Source: a virus (Duplodnaviria > Caudoviricetes). From it: a DNA stretch of 64,000 nt. Position numbers and translations under genes: made by a program. The first letter of the stretch is position 1. Each line of letters begins with the position of its first letter. The stretch covers positions 32,001 to 96,000 of the IMG/VR virus record IMGVR_UViG_3300029288_000077; one strand, 5' to 3'. The notes beneath the pieces were generated by a model. The model did not search any database. It worked only from the letters and a program-made list of their open reading frames with translations, and was not told the DNA's origin. Of this stretch, positions 1-10,827 are shown in pieces.

Positions 1-49
1 AGGCACACCTCGGTACGGCTTGGGTAGCTAAATATCAAGAGGAGAACAT

Positions 50-760
50 TTGATGAAAGTGATTGATAGCTTCCGTGGTGAACATGCTTTTCTGTCTAAT
101 TTTTATGCATGTAACATATCTGTCGGTCTCAATTGTTTTAGCTCTTCGGAACAGATGTATCAGTATTATAAGACTACGGACGCGAAATTCAGAAAATTGA
201 TTCTGTCTGATGGTGGCAACCCATCTGTAGCCAAGAGGCTTGGTTGTAAGGCTCCACTACATGAAGATTTTGAGAAGAACAAGCTGAGTATTATGTATTT
301 GGTGGTATTTGAGAAATTTATTCAAAATCTAGATTTGCGTGATAGACTTTTACAAACCGAGAACGCCAAATTGGTAGAGGGCAACAACTGGAAAGATGTG
401 TTTTGGGGCGTGTGTGGAGGTAAGGGTGAGAATCACTTAGGAAAGATCCTGATGCAGGTGCGCCACCATTTTCAGTGTTGCCGTAATTCCAAAATTTACA
501 TGGAAACAGTAGATTTTGTTGGTGGTACGTTGGACGATGTTTATGAGAAAAAAAGTGAAAATGAGAGAAGGCAGCAAGACGAGAAGGTCGTTAGGAATAT
601 TGCTAAATGCAAGAAGTGTGGTGACGTAATAGAATCTAAATATCGACATGATTTCGTTCAGTGTAAGTGTGGTGCTATTTTTGTTGATGGTGGACACGAC
701 TATTATAGGCGCGGTGGTAACTTAGAAGATTTTGATGAGATTGACCCCTCCGTTGATTAA
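50..760 (+). CDS. NADAR (YbiA-like) domain protein fused to a C-terminal Cys-rich Zn-binding module
   Basis: FLSNFY, SSEQMYQ, KFIQN, LVEGNNWKDVFWG and GENHLGKILM are NADAR motifs; C-terminus carries CKKC...HDFVQCKC...VDGG. Confidence 0.85.
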   Translation: MMKVIDSFRGEHAFLSNFYACNISVGLNCFSSSEQMYQYYKTTDAKFRKLILSDGGNPSVAKRLGCKAPLHEDFEKNKLSIMYLVVFEKFIQNLDLRDRLLQTENAKLVEGNNWKDVFWGVCGGKGENHLGKILMQVRHHFQCCRNSKIYMETVDFVGGTLDDVYEKKSENERRQQDEKVVRNIAKCKKCGDVIESKYRHDFVQCKCGAIFVDGGHDYYRRGGNLEDFDEIDPSVD

Positions 761-806
761 ATAATACGTTATAACCCATAGTACAATAATGCAACTGGGA
801 GGAAAT

Positions 807-1385
807 ATGCTATCCAGATTTGTAGCTGCATCAATAAAATGTTTGTCACAGGAAAAAGAGCAGGAATTTGATGTATCAAAGATGACTCTTGAAGAAATAC
901 AGGAATTAATTGATAAGGGGGTTGGTTTAGAGCCTTCAGGCAAAAATAAGTTATATGTTGAATACGAGCAGGCCGGTAGTCCCGATAAACTAAGAATACA
1001 TATACCAGGCGGGTATTTTTGGGATGTAATACCACAGCCAGATGGAAGAATACAAATACAACCAATAGATGTTAAAATCATTTATCCAACTGACAAAAGA
1101 AAGGTGTACAAGGATTGGGACGATGCTTTGAAAGCGCTCCCTAAAGGCTGGTTGGTGTACAAAGAAGAAAAAGAGGAAGTACCGCAACAAAAATCTGCGT
1201 GGCTTAGACTTGCAATAAAGGTAATATCACAGATGAAAAATATAAAAACCCGCAAGATGGTGTTGTGTCCAAACTGCAAGACTATTCAAAGAGACAATGC
1301 CCCATGCCCAAACTGTAAATATCCTATAGGAAGTGGCCTTCCTACCGACAAAGAACGAAAAGGATCGAAGAACAAGGGGGCATGA
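807..1385 (+). CDS. Hypothetical protein with two copies of the KAI-type tag and a C-terminal Zn ribbon
   Basis: GGAGG RBS before MLSRFVAASIKCLSQ; internal WLRLAIKVISQ; CPNC..CPNC. Confidence 0.6.
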   Translation: MLSRFVAASIKCLSQEKEQEFDVSKMTLEEIQELIDKGVGLEPSGKNKLYVEYEQAGSPDKLRIHIPGGYFWDVIPQPDGRIQIQPIDVKIIYPTDKRKVYKDWDDALKALPKGWLVYKEEKEEVPQQKSAWLRLAIKVISQMKNIKTRKMVLCPNCKTIQRDNAPCPNCKYPIGSGLPTDKERKGSKNKGA

Positions 1386-1757
1386 ATGCTGTTTATAACC
1401 AAGGCTATAGCATTTTTCAAGTCTGCCGGATTGTGGATTGTCAATAACTTCAAATTGTTCATGATCATAGCTGGACTAGTGATTGTTACTATTTTGGTAT
1501 TGCTGTGGCGCAATAAAAGCAATAAGATTAAGCAATTGCAGGCAGAACTGTTTTTAGCGCAGTCTAAAATACAATTGGCCGATCTTGCCCGTAAGTATGC
1601 TGTGTCCATGGCGCAATTTATGAACTTGAGACAACAGGATGTTGTTTTAGACAAAAAACTGAATGAAATAGAGAAAGATTTAGCAGAAAAGGTTGATCCT
1701 GACATGACGGCAGAAGAAGTAGCAGCCAAATTTAGAGAAATGGGAGTCAGACCATGA
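1386..1757 (+). CDS. Membrane-anchored coiled-coil protein, possible i-spanin
   Basis: N-terminal TM helix followed by a coiled coil; overlaps the next gene by 4 nt. Confidence 0.45.
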   Translation: MLFITKAIAFFKSAGLWIVNNFKLFMIIAGLVIVTILVLLWRNKSNKIKQLQAELFLAQSKIQLADLARKYAVSMAQFMNLRQQDVVLDKKLNEIEKDLAEKVDPDMTAEEVAAKFREMGVRP

Positions 1758-2152
1758 AGCGCACCTTTTTCGTGTTGGTGCTGTTGGTATCTGCGCCATC
1801 TTATGCACAAGACGACATTCGAGTACAACAAATAGACGGAAAGAGTTTTGTGTGTTTCACAGAAGATGATGCCAAAGTGTTGTTGCAATTACGGTTAGAT
1901 TATCCTAAAATGAAAGAGAAAATACTTATCCTTGATGAACGAATAGAGTTAAAGAATAAAATGGTGATGTCACTTGAGGATGCCAATGAGTACCTAAACC
2001 AACAAAATGGGTTGCTTTTGAAAACCAACGCTGGATTGGAAGAAAAATTAGATTCTATGGATTCGTGGTATCGGTCTCCCATATTATGGAGCGTCGTGGG
2101 CGTTGTTATAGGTGTTGGCATCACTGTGGGGGTAATGTATGCAGTTAAATAA
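1754..2152 (+). CDS. Signal peptide, coiled coil and C-terminal TM protein, possible spanin partner
   Basis: MKRTFFVLVLLVSAPSYA signal; C-terminal WSVVGVVIGVGITVGV. Confidence 0.45.
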   Translation: MKRTFFVLVLLVSAPSYAQDDIRVQQIDGKSFVCFTEDDAKVLLQLRLDYPKMKEKILILDERIELKNKMVMSLEDANEYLNQQNGLLLKTNAGLEEKLDSMDSWYRSPILWSVVGVVIGVGITVGVMYAVK

Positions 2153-2429
2153 GTACATCAAGTTGGCAGTTGGTGAATTAGAAGATAGAGTATCTGAGGA
2201 TGTGGCCAGAGAGGTTGGTGAAGCGATAGGGATTGATTGGGACGAAGTTGAATTTACACCCAAAGACCTGGCTGCTGGTATGATGGTAGAATTGGAGCAT
2301 GGATCCAAAGATGCTAATACGGACGTGACTGGTGATGATTTGGAGATGACTGCTAAGATAGCTTGGGCTCATCTAAAAGAATCTCCTAAATACTATAAAT
2401 TATTGGACAAGATGGAAAAAGATTTTTGA
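2139..2429 (+). CDS. DUF5661-like protein with N-terminal tag
   Basis: GMMVELEHG...TAKIAWAHLKESPKYY; starts NKYIKLAVGEL. Confidence 0.7.
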   Translation: MQLNKYIKLAVGELEDRVSEDVAREVGEAIGIDWDEVEFTPKDLAAGMMVELEHGSKDANTDVTGDDLEMTAKIAWAHLKESPKYYKLLDKMEKDF

Positions 2430-2453
2430 CTCCTTCCTTTCTTGTAGTAGAAT
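2426..2453 (+). promoter_or_regulatory. Sigma70-like promoter, probably leaderless transcript of ORF 2460
   Basis: TTGACT-N16-TAGAAT, ATG 6 nt downstream. Confidence 0.6.
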
Positions 2454-2459
2454 GGTTAC

Positions 2460-2912
2460 ATGGCTGTTATAGAAATAGAAACCGAGCCCGTTTCTGTCCC
2501 GGTGGATAAATACAGATTTGTGGTTTCTATTTTTGATACCATTAGAAGAATATACGAAATAACAATTCCTTCTTATCTATACAAGAATATTGAAGAAAAA
2601 ATAAAATCAAAACATTTTTACATGAAAGATTACAATACTATGAGACACAATCCTGAAGTATCCATAAAACTACTCAGAACTGAACAAGAAGTAGATTGTG
2701 TAAATGAAGGTAAGCCTACCCATAAAAATGTTTCAAAATACGTAACCCGAATACCAGCCATAATGAAAATATCTGATGAACTAGCAAAACGCGGTCAGAA
2801 TTTTGATGAGATCATGGATGTGTTGGTAAGTACCTTTGACGATGAGTCTATGAGAGACAAGCACTCTCCAATACCAGACATAGTTAGAATTTCTATTTCT
2901 GAGGAATCGTGA
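2460..2912 (+). CDS. Hypothetical protein
   Basis: 150-aa ORF directly behind the promoter. Confidence 0.6.
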   Translation: MAVIEIETEPVSVPVDKYRFVVSIFDTIRRIYEITIPSYLYKNIEEKIKSKHFYMKDYNTMRHNPEVSIKLLRTEQEVDCVNEGKPTHKNVSKYVTRIPAIMKISDELAKRGQNFDEIMDVLVSTFDDESMRDKHSPIPDIVRISISEES

Positions 2913-3565
2913 TGTGGGGGATAGTTGTAATAAGCAATGATGTGTTTTGTGTGAGGTCTGTTCCTGCCCAAGAATCAATTATCAAAGCATTTATGAATAT
3001 CAATAAACTGTGTGAAGCTGGTATCAGAGACATAGTAGTATCGGTGAATTCATCGTTTGTTGGGGACGTGGTTCAGTATTTTGCCAACAGAAAAGACATA
3101 GATGCCAACTTGGTGTATGTGAGTTATGATGACAGCACAGACATGTTGTCTGGGGTACTTGCCTGTAAAAGTGTGGTTAAAGGGAATTTGTGTATTGTGG
3201 TAGCAAACAGGATCATAGATCATATTATACAAAACTATGTAAATAAATTTATGTCTATACACATTGAGAGTATGCCAATACTTGTAGAGTACAAGGCAGG
3301 AAGCCCAGCGGTGCTGGTTTCGGACGGTGGGAATACGGTTTCGTTTGAAGAAGACCCGTCAGAAGTGTGGGTGCAAGAAAAATGTAAGCATGTTGGATAC
3401 TCGGTGAAAGGGGTGTCTAATGTTCACTTTTTCTCAGAGGTGGTATTTGATTACATAAGAACAGCCAGATCAAGAGGATCTGTGTGTAAAACTATGTCTG
3501 ATTTATACAACTATTTGCGACTAATCGGGATCTCTGGGGTTGCTTTTGTGAATAAGGAGGAATAA
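2909..3565 (+). CDS. Degenerate RmlA-like sugar-phosphate nucleotidyltransferase fold
   Basis: INKLCEAGIRDIVVSVN and ACKSVVKGNLCIVVANRI echo NTP_transferase; the GGxGTRL motif is absent. Confidence 0.5.
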   Translation: MMWGIVVISNDVFCVRSVPAQESIIKAFMNINKLCEAGIRDIVVSVNSSFVGDVVQYFANRKDIDANLVYVSYDDSTDMLSGVLACKSVVKGNLCIVVANRIIDHIIQNYVNKFMSIHIESMPILVEYKAGSPAVLVSDGGNTVSFEEDPSEVWVQEKCKHVGYSVKGVSNVHFFSEVVFDYIRTARSRGSVCKTMSDLYNYLRLIGISGVAFVNKEE

Positions 3566-3973
3566 ATGTCTGCTAAATATGAACATACAGAACAACTAGT
3601 GCAAGCACAAGCAGAGAAACTGAAGGAGTTTGATTCTACCATTAAATCTCTAAAAGATACTATTAGGGACAGGGACGATGAAATATCTACAACATATAGA
3701 ATTAATAAGGCTTTAGAAACAGAAAATGATAATCTTAGGGACCGGAATGAGGAATTAGAAAGCAAGATGCGCGAATTAAAAGGTGAGTTGAAGAGACAAG
3801 AAGTTGGGTCGTCGATTGATGAATATTCAATCATAGGCAGAGAGTTGGTAGAATTTTTGCTGAGCAGAAACAACGGACAGTGGTGGGTTAAGTCTCCAGT
3901 AGAAGTGGTTAGGTCCTTGATGGTGGAGTGGGACTCAGTTCGCGAAAACAATGATCCGTGTATGTTCACGTGA
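3566..3973 (+). CDS. Coiled-coil hypothetical protein
   Basis: Heptad-rich ORF with AAGGAGG RBS. Confidence 0.6.
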   Translation: MSAKYEHTEQLVQAQAEKLKEFDSTIKSLKDTIRDRDDEISTTYRINKALETENDNLRDRNEELESKMRELKGELKRQEVGSSIDEYSIIGRELVEFLLSRNNGQWWVKSPVEVVRSLMVEWDSVRENNDPCMFT

Positions 3974-4449
3974 GGTGTAAAATGGGTGTACATGTGCTTG
4001 AAACGCTGTTGAGAAAAAAGCCCAATTCTGTACAAAATGGGAATTCTGTACAAAATAAAAGACATGCACCGGCAGAGGCCATAGTCATACGCGACCGATC
4101 TAAGGAATTAAAAGTGGAACAAGCAAAAGTAGAGTCTCAAGAACAAGAGAAAAAAGAGCAACAATCGCCCTCTTTAGATGTGGTTAGAAAGTCTATGGAA
4201 GAAATCAAAATGCTCACCTTTTCCTATGAGTCGCATGGTGACAAGAAAATTCGTAAGGTTGAACCTTACAAGCTTATGAGGAACAACAAAGGTGAGATCA
4301 TTTTGTACGCATACTGTGTGGAATCGAATGGAATACGCGCTTTCAAAATAGACAAGATCGTGGAGTGTGCTGCTGTTGAAGAAACGTTTATGCCTAGGTG
4401 GCCGGTTGAAAATCAATTAGATCCAAAACCAGATCCAGACAAGAAATAA
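3958..4449 (+). CDS. WYL domain protein (start uncertain)
   Basis: FSY...RKVEPYKL...ILYAYC...IRAFKIDKI. Confidence 0.8.
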   Translation: MYVHVRCKMGVHVLETLLRKKPNSVQNGNSVQNKRHAPAEAIVIRDRSKELKVEQAKVESQEQEKKEQQSPSLDVVRKSMEEIKMLTFSYESHGDKKIRKVEPYKLMRNNKGEIILYAYCVESNGIRAFKIDKIVECAAVEETFMPRWPVENQLDPKPDPDKK

Positions 4450-4453
4450 TATA

Positions 4454-4481
4454 TTTACTGGTGTGTGCACTGACGTATAAT
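4454..4481 (+). promoter_or_regulatory. Sigma70-like promoter
   Basis: TTTACT-N16-TATAAT. Confidence 0.6.
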
Positions 4482-4500
4482 TGTGGCGGAGGTACTTTCC

Positions 4501-4866
4501 GTGTCGTATGAAGGTTATACCCAGGCGTTGTGTAAAAATGGGCACCTTCATGTTTATGAATGCTACGATGATCCCACTTCATGTCCGCAGTGGATGGAAG
4601 AGAAAGACTTTGTGCCTTGGAAATGTCCGGATTGTGGAGCACCGCTAGCTTGGTGGAACACGGTTGACCAGACCAATTGTTGTACCAGCAAGTGTGACTA
4701 TGGTTTGACAGAGGCAGAGCAAGTGGTGTGCAGAGGTCATGGACACGGCTATGCAGATTTGGAAGTAATAGAGGAATATGTTTGCGTTTGTGAAAAGTGC
4801 GGGAACAAACACCGTAGCGAAGTAACCCGCTATAAGATTCCGGAGAACAAAGGGCACAGGCAGTGA
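4501..4866 (+). CDS. Cys-rich Zn-binding hypothetical protein
   Basis: GGAGGT RBS before GTG at 4501; CKNGH, CPDC, CEKC. Confidence 0.6.
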   Translation: MSYEGYTQALCKNGHLHVYECYDDPTSCPQWMEEKDFVPWKCPDCGAPLAWWNTVDQTNCCTSKCDYGLTEAEQVVCRGHGHGYADLEVIEEYVCVCEKCGNKHRSEVTRYKIPENKGHRQ

Positions 4867-5350
4867 CAGTCTCTGAACTCATAGCGAATCTGTGCCAATA
4901 CGATTTAGACAAGGAAGTGCGTGTGTGCACTTTTTGGGTACAGGGATCACAACACTCAATGGGTGTGACTACGGACAAAGACGGTAACGTGGTGGTGTTT
5001 TCTCAAGAAAGAAGGAGCGAGGATGACCAAGGAAGAGCAGGCTAAGGTGATTGCCAACAAGCAATCTGGAGATCAATTTGATTCAGCTATGAAGCGCGCT
5101 GGCCTAGACAGCATGTTCCCTATTCAAAAGATGGTAGACGGTGAGTGGTGTAATGCTGATTGGTGCAATTTGAAATACGGGGACGTGTTCAGAGAAGTAG
5201 ACGCTTTTGGGAATCCTAAGTCTGTGGTAATGGTGTCTATCAAGGACGCCGAAAGAGTTGAAGACAAGAACGGTGAAGTGCATTGGTGTGTGTCTAGCCG
5301 CCCCCGCAACTGAGCTATTATCTTACATATACCTACACATTCAGAAACTA

Positions 5351-5378
5351 TTTACCTTTGCGGTAGTGGTGGTATAAT
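5351..5378 (+). promoter_or_regulatory. Sigma70-like promoter, probably leaderless transcript of ORF 5385
   Basis: TTTACC-N16-TATAAT with extended -10 TG; ATG 6 nt downstream. Confidence 0.65.
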
Positions 5379-5721
5379 GCTATTATGAAGCGATACCTAG
5401 TATACCCAGAAGGTTATTCACCAGAAATCGCGTCTGGGCCACCTACTCCCTTTCTTCTGGAAATTGGATGTAATTGGACTCCAGAGGACACAGAAAAGAT
5501 GAAGGAATTGGAGAAGGGTGCAGAGATTCACGATCATGTGATCTATGGTAGAGCCTGTCTTGAAATTACCTGTGGTATGTGCCAGCAACACGGTTACAAG
5601 TCAAGCCTTTGTGAAATGGACGAAAACGGAGAACCAGACGTGCCTAACTGCGGGGTTTGTTATTGTGACGAACACGAACCAGCTTGCGACAAGTTCAAGC
5701 TAAAGTACTAGGAGCTAAATC

Positions 5722-6447
5722 ATGTCTAATGCGTTTGAGAAGAAGGAAACCCACCCGTCTTACGGAACCGTGATGTTTGCTCGTCAAGAGATTGGTGGCA
5801 CGAACAACCCACATAGGCTGTTTGGTTCTTCTCTAAGGAATCATGCCAGGACTGTTATTCTTCGTATTTGCAAGGCGGACTTGTACCACGAATTGGGCAG
5901 GGACTGGGTTTTTGGACACGACGTTTTGGCGGAAGTTGAGTTGTCTGCGGCCCAATTCTCAGAACTGCTCACCACCATGAATGTAGGGTCTGGTGTTCCT
6001 TGCACCATCCGACACATGAACGGGATCGGTAAGCCGGAGGATCCCCCTTTCAATGAAGTGGAGATTGATAGGACCCACGACCACTTTAAGGAATCTCTCA
6101 AGGAGACTGTTGCTTTTATCGAGGAGAGTCAGCGGCAAATGGCCGCTATCCTGGAGAAGCCATCAATTGGTAAGGCAGACCGTCTGAAGCTTGCTGATGT
6201 CCTGGATAGAGTGCACATGAACATCACGAAGAACATGCCATTCTACTTGGACCAATTCAACCAGGCGGCGCAGCGCGTGGCGAATGCGGCTAAGGCCGAG
6301 GTTGATGCCTTTGTTACTGGAATGGCTATCAAGCTGGGCATCGCAGAGTTGAAGAAGCTTTCCATCGGTTTCGGTGAGGAGGATAAGAAGCAGTTGAATG
6401 CTCCAGATGGTGATGCATTTGGCCTCGAAGACGTAGGAGATAAGTAA
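5722..6447 (+). CDS. Conserved phage hypothetical protein
   Basis: HPSYG...LFGS...AEVELSAAQF...GSGVPCT pattern recalled from other phages; AGGAG RBS. Confidence 0.65.
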   Translation: MSNAFEKKETHPSYGTVMFARQEIGGTNNPHRLFGSSLRNHARTVILRICKADLYHELGRDWVFGHDVLAEVELSAAQFSELLTTMNVGSGVPCTIRHMNGIGKPEDPPFNEVEIDRTHDHFKESLKETVAFIEESQRQMAAILEKPSIGKADRLKLADVLDRVHMNITKNMPFYLDQFNQAAQRVANAAKAEVDAFVTGMAIKLGIAELKKLSIGFGEEDKKQLNAPDGDAFGLEDVGDK

Positions 6448-6599
6448 GTGTTTAGGAATATTTGCACTGTAATTATGCTGGCCGCCATATATGCAAATGA
6501 TGTAGGCAGCCCGTCTAAACCACACGGGCTTACGGGATTTGGGAAGGTACTAACGAATGGACTAAGTATCAGTGAGTTCGCTGCGCTGATAAATGCTTA
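6445..6599 (+). ncRNA. Candidate multi-branched structured RNA (intergenic)
   Basis: Closing stem TAAGTGTTTA/TAAATGCTTA; inner stems ATTTGCA/TGCAAAT, AGCCCGT/ACGGGCT, TATCAGTG/CGCTGATA. Confidence 0.45.
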
Positions 6600-8920
6600 T
6601 GTGGGTAAGTAAAGGAGCATGTGCTGTGAGCCAGAAAGAACTTGAAACCAAATTGCAGGAATTGTGTCAGTACTACAGAAACCTTTCAGAAAACATGTTA
6701 AAGAATATTCATACAGTGTCTAACACGCATCTGGCAAAAGTGCTTTCCATGGTAGCTGTAAACATCGAAGATGTGCTGGAAGAAGTAAAAGAGAAGCAGT
6801 TGGATGCCACAGGTGAGGTGGTGTCTCAAGAGGAAATTAATGACATGACTGATGAAGAGTTGGCAGAATACATTAAGAATGGATAAATATGATGAAACCC
6901 TTTTACTCACACTACGATTGGCTTGACGATAATTTCTACCAATTCTTGATTAATTTAGGAATAGGGCATATATGTGCTCTAGCTAACACGAGTTTAATTG
7001 TAGCGCACGGGGACAAATGTTATCAATATAGTAAACGGTTTGAGCAGGCAGGGCTCCCTCTTGAGTACGGTGTTGCTATCTATCTGCTTACGCATATTAG
7101 TCCATGGAGCACGGAGTGCAGGGAAACGAAAAATGGTTGGGTTGATCCTTGTGAATGGGTGATCGCTAACAAGGACAGGTTTTTGAAACATTTGCCACCT
7201 GCAATGAAGAAGGAGCAGGATAGATGATTGACACTAGATTGGCGGCATTTCATGTAGATGAAAAAGACCGCATAGTGTTTTACGTTGAGGGGTGTTACCC
7301 CGAAGACGTGGGTGGGTATGAAAAGATCATGGAACTAACCACCAATGATGTGGTTCAACTCATCGGTGCTGGCATAACAGAAAATTCTCAAGACTGGATT
7401 AGTACGTATCACAATCTTGTAAAACTCTTCCCAAACAAAGGATATACAGCCATAAATGTTCACCTTGGAGAAGTTATAGCAATCTACAAAAGGGACTTTG
7501 ACTGGTTTCTTATCAAGATGAAGAGTAAGATTGAAATTAAAGACTTAGAAAAAAGGGTTAGGAAGATTGATTCTAAGGATCACCTTATTAAATAAGGAGC
7601 AGGTTAATGAACATGTTTAAGTTTCCTGTTCTAGGGGATCCTCCATTTACTTCACTGAGTAAGGATAAAGCAGTTGCTGAATTACATAATGCGGGAGTTG
7701 CACGAGAAAGGGTGGTAATTAGCTATAGTGAAGTATGTAAGGACAGCGAATTTACGCCATCGGGGTGTGCTTGTTGGAAAACTGTGTACTCTGTTAAAGC
7801 AAAGGTTAATGACTGGGAGTTTTATAGGGATTGGTGCTATTGGGTTGCGTCGGCAGAGAGGGGTGGCGGTCTTACTAAAAGTCAAGCAGAGGGCTTGAAT
7901 AAGTTGTACCGTAAAGAGATTAGAGCATACGGGTTTGCTGGTGGTACAGACATAGGAGGCGCTGATCATACCATGGTTCATCTGTATCATATTGATACTA
8001 CGCGTGGGTTAAAGGTGTTTGTAGATATATTGCAAAATAGAAAACGTGTGAGGATCTGACGTGAAAGATCTTTTGCTATGCAGATACCGCATAGATCACG
8101 GGTGTGGGTCAAGCTATGTGGTGGATGTTCCATTAGAAGAAGATGATGTAAAGTTCACGGATGACATAACATGCGCTACGTTGTATGAAAGAAACGATAT
8201 TCCGTTGTCTATGTGCGATGGAATTCTAGGCCCAGCAAAAGATACGTTTGTGACTTGTAGGGTCGTAAGAGAAAATGTAAAGTTGACTGTGGAGAACGAA
8301 GAAGAAATAATTGTATAAAGGGGCAATGAATATGAAATTTGTAACGCAATGTGTACTAACAGTAGAAGATACTAATCTTATGTGTAATGTTGTAACTTAC
8401 ACAGGTCATTGTAGCGCAGACAAACTTCATCAGACAATTTGTAACTACACGAAGCATGTACTTAGAGTAAATAAATCCTTTAACAGGTATACTCGTTTGT
8501 GTGCTGAACTGTTCTATACACTCAGAATGTGTATGTAGGATGTGGAGGAGTAAGTTATGGAATACTCTCGCAGAACGTCTGGAACTCACATGGGCGCTGT
8601 TCGACGTTGGATTCAGACTCGGTTTCATAACGGAGATACTGTCCATTGGAGTAGTCAAGAAAAGCTGTTTGGGGTAAGTGATTCTATTACCCCAGCCATC
8701 TTAGAGGAGGCGGCCCAAGTGGTGCACGACGCGATGTTGAAGGAATTTGCCAAGTTCCTTCGACAGCATACCGGGGTGTGCTCCCCTTCGGACAAATTCG
8801 TTCCTAATACCGATAGACCGCTTATGTGTAATAAATGCGGTATGCACAAAGACGTTCATGATCTGGTAGATGTTTTGAATGGTTTGGAAGGATCGGTTGA
8901 CGTGCTGTAGGAGGTAAGCA

Positions 8921-9142
8921 ATGTCTAACCATGCAATTAGTGGCTTAATTGAGGCACTCAACATCTTCAAAAAGTATGCAATCAATGAGCATGGTGAGGA
9001 GAAATCCTATGTAACTAGCGCCGAGCATGATGTGATCTATGTGAATGTAGATCCTGAGAATGTGCGTGATGAAGATAAGAAGAGGTTAGAGGAGTTAGGT
9101 TGGAATCCTGATGAAGGGGTGGGATTCAGATACTACACATGA
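8921..9142 (+). CDS. Small phage protein, paralog of 48413..48619
   Basis: Shared IEAL.IF.KY...AEHDVIY...L.ELGW. Confidence 0.7.
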   Translation: MSNHAISGLIEALNIFKKYAINEHGEEKSYVTSAEHDVIYVNVDPENVRDEDKKRLEELGWNPDEGVGFRYYT

Positions 9143-10827
9143 AGGGGGTTTGACATGGACAAGAATCCTGTGCGTAATTGGACCCCAAACCTTACAGCAG
9201 AGTTTGACTGCAACAGGCCGCTGCCAACCCTCACGCTACAGAGAATAGAAAAGTTTACTTACCAGTCAAGAGGCGTATGGCGTAGCTATGGAAAATAATG
9301 AAAAAGGCAGAAACAGGATTGAGGAAAGAACGGTACTGAAGTCATTTAAAATTAGGACCAGCCACTCTCATAGTGCCAAATGCCATTTGTTTTGTACATA
9401 CTTTGAAATTGTTAAAATACCCGTTGAGGATAGTGTGTCTGTGGGCATGAGGTGCGCTTTATTTAACACCCCTTTGTTGTATGGTAATTTCACAGGTAAA
9501 TTTGAGAACGAATTGGTGAGGATGTGTAGAAAAAAGGGGAAAGGCGTGCTACAACCATATAGATGCATTGAGTGCATTACAGCCGAAAAAGTGTGTAATA
9601 GTGCATCAGCACTGAGGAACTTGTGATATGTGTCAGCCAAAGTGTGTGGTTGAAAAGGATGAGATCAAGTTTATTGATATGACCCCGGATGATTTATTGC
9701 CAACCAGGATCTTAATAGCCTATCTCAGCAGCACTTATTCAACCTGGGAAACGGAAGGTCTAGATGACAGCCAAAAGAAGATGTATGACATATTGAATCA
9801 AGCACAACTGGAGAGACGAGACATACTGCGCAGCGCGATTGACCTGTTGCATACCTTCCCATTTGGTGTCAAGAAGTGACTATACTACAACTACAAGAGT
9901 TGCACGGTGCGTTACTTGAAGCGTGCATAACTATGAAGCGCGTGTTGTGTGGGGTGAAGTTCGAAGGTGTATTTCAAAATGAAGTATCCAGACCATTGGC
10001 TGCAGTAAGTAAACAATTGTTTGTAGTCAAGAAGCTGATAGAGGAAGCAAATAATGTTGGTGGTAAACAGCAATTTTGAAGAAGTAAAACTGTGTGACAC
10101 GTTTGAGTTGCTGTCAAACGATTTGTGCAGAGTATTTGTTTCCGGGGACACAATTGTTGTTAGGAAGAGAGATGGCATACATATGTTGGATATGTATGTG
10201 GGTGAAATCTTTGTGTGCGGTGTTCATATAAAGATGGTGTCAGGACCAATAGGCGAAACATATGTTGTTTTGTGGAAAGATGAGTGGCCCGATGAAAGTT
10301 TGTTGGGGTGTGTGCTATATAATGATGGTGACAACTTAGATGATCGGTATAAGACAGTGTTGAGGTTGTTGTTTGATGAAGTGAAAGGTGAGTGTGGTGA
10401 GTGCAATGAAACTGCCTGAAATTCTAATAGTATCGGTGCTTGCAGCTCTTGTTGTATTTACTTGTGCGAACATACCTAAGTATGCGCCGCCCGAAATGCC
10501 GAAACCTTCCGAGTGTGAGTTAGTGATTGACAGGATCACTAATTCGTTGAATGAGGCCCGGGACGCACTGAAGACTAGCATCAAAGGAAAGATAGTTCAT
10601 TTCGAAAATAGACTGCTTTCGGTCATGTGCTTGGAGAAGGAGCATGTGGCGGTACATGTCATGCTCGATGCAGTTATCAAGCTGGAAGGTGACAAGGCAC
10701 CACACGTGTGTATCTCTTCGCTGTTTATTATAGAAGGAGAATTTAGTAAAGATGGTGAATTGGACGCAAAATTGTTGGGCGTGTACCCCGGCGAAGAAAC
10801 GATTTGTGAGTACCAGGAAGAGTAGTC

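Noticed and set aside
1386-1421. MLFITKAIAFF as a member of the KAI tag family
   Set aside because: Precedes a TM helix in a membrane protein; probably a chance match
4024-4056. 15-bp direct repeat AATTCTGTACAAAAT
   Set aside because: Simple in-frame duplication (NSVQN twice) in a linker; no further significance evident
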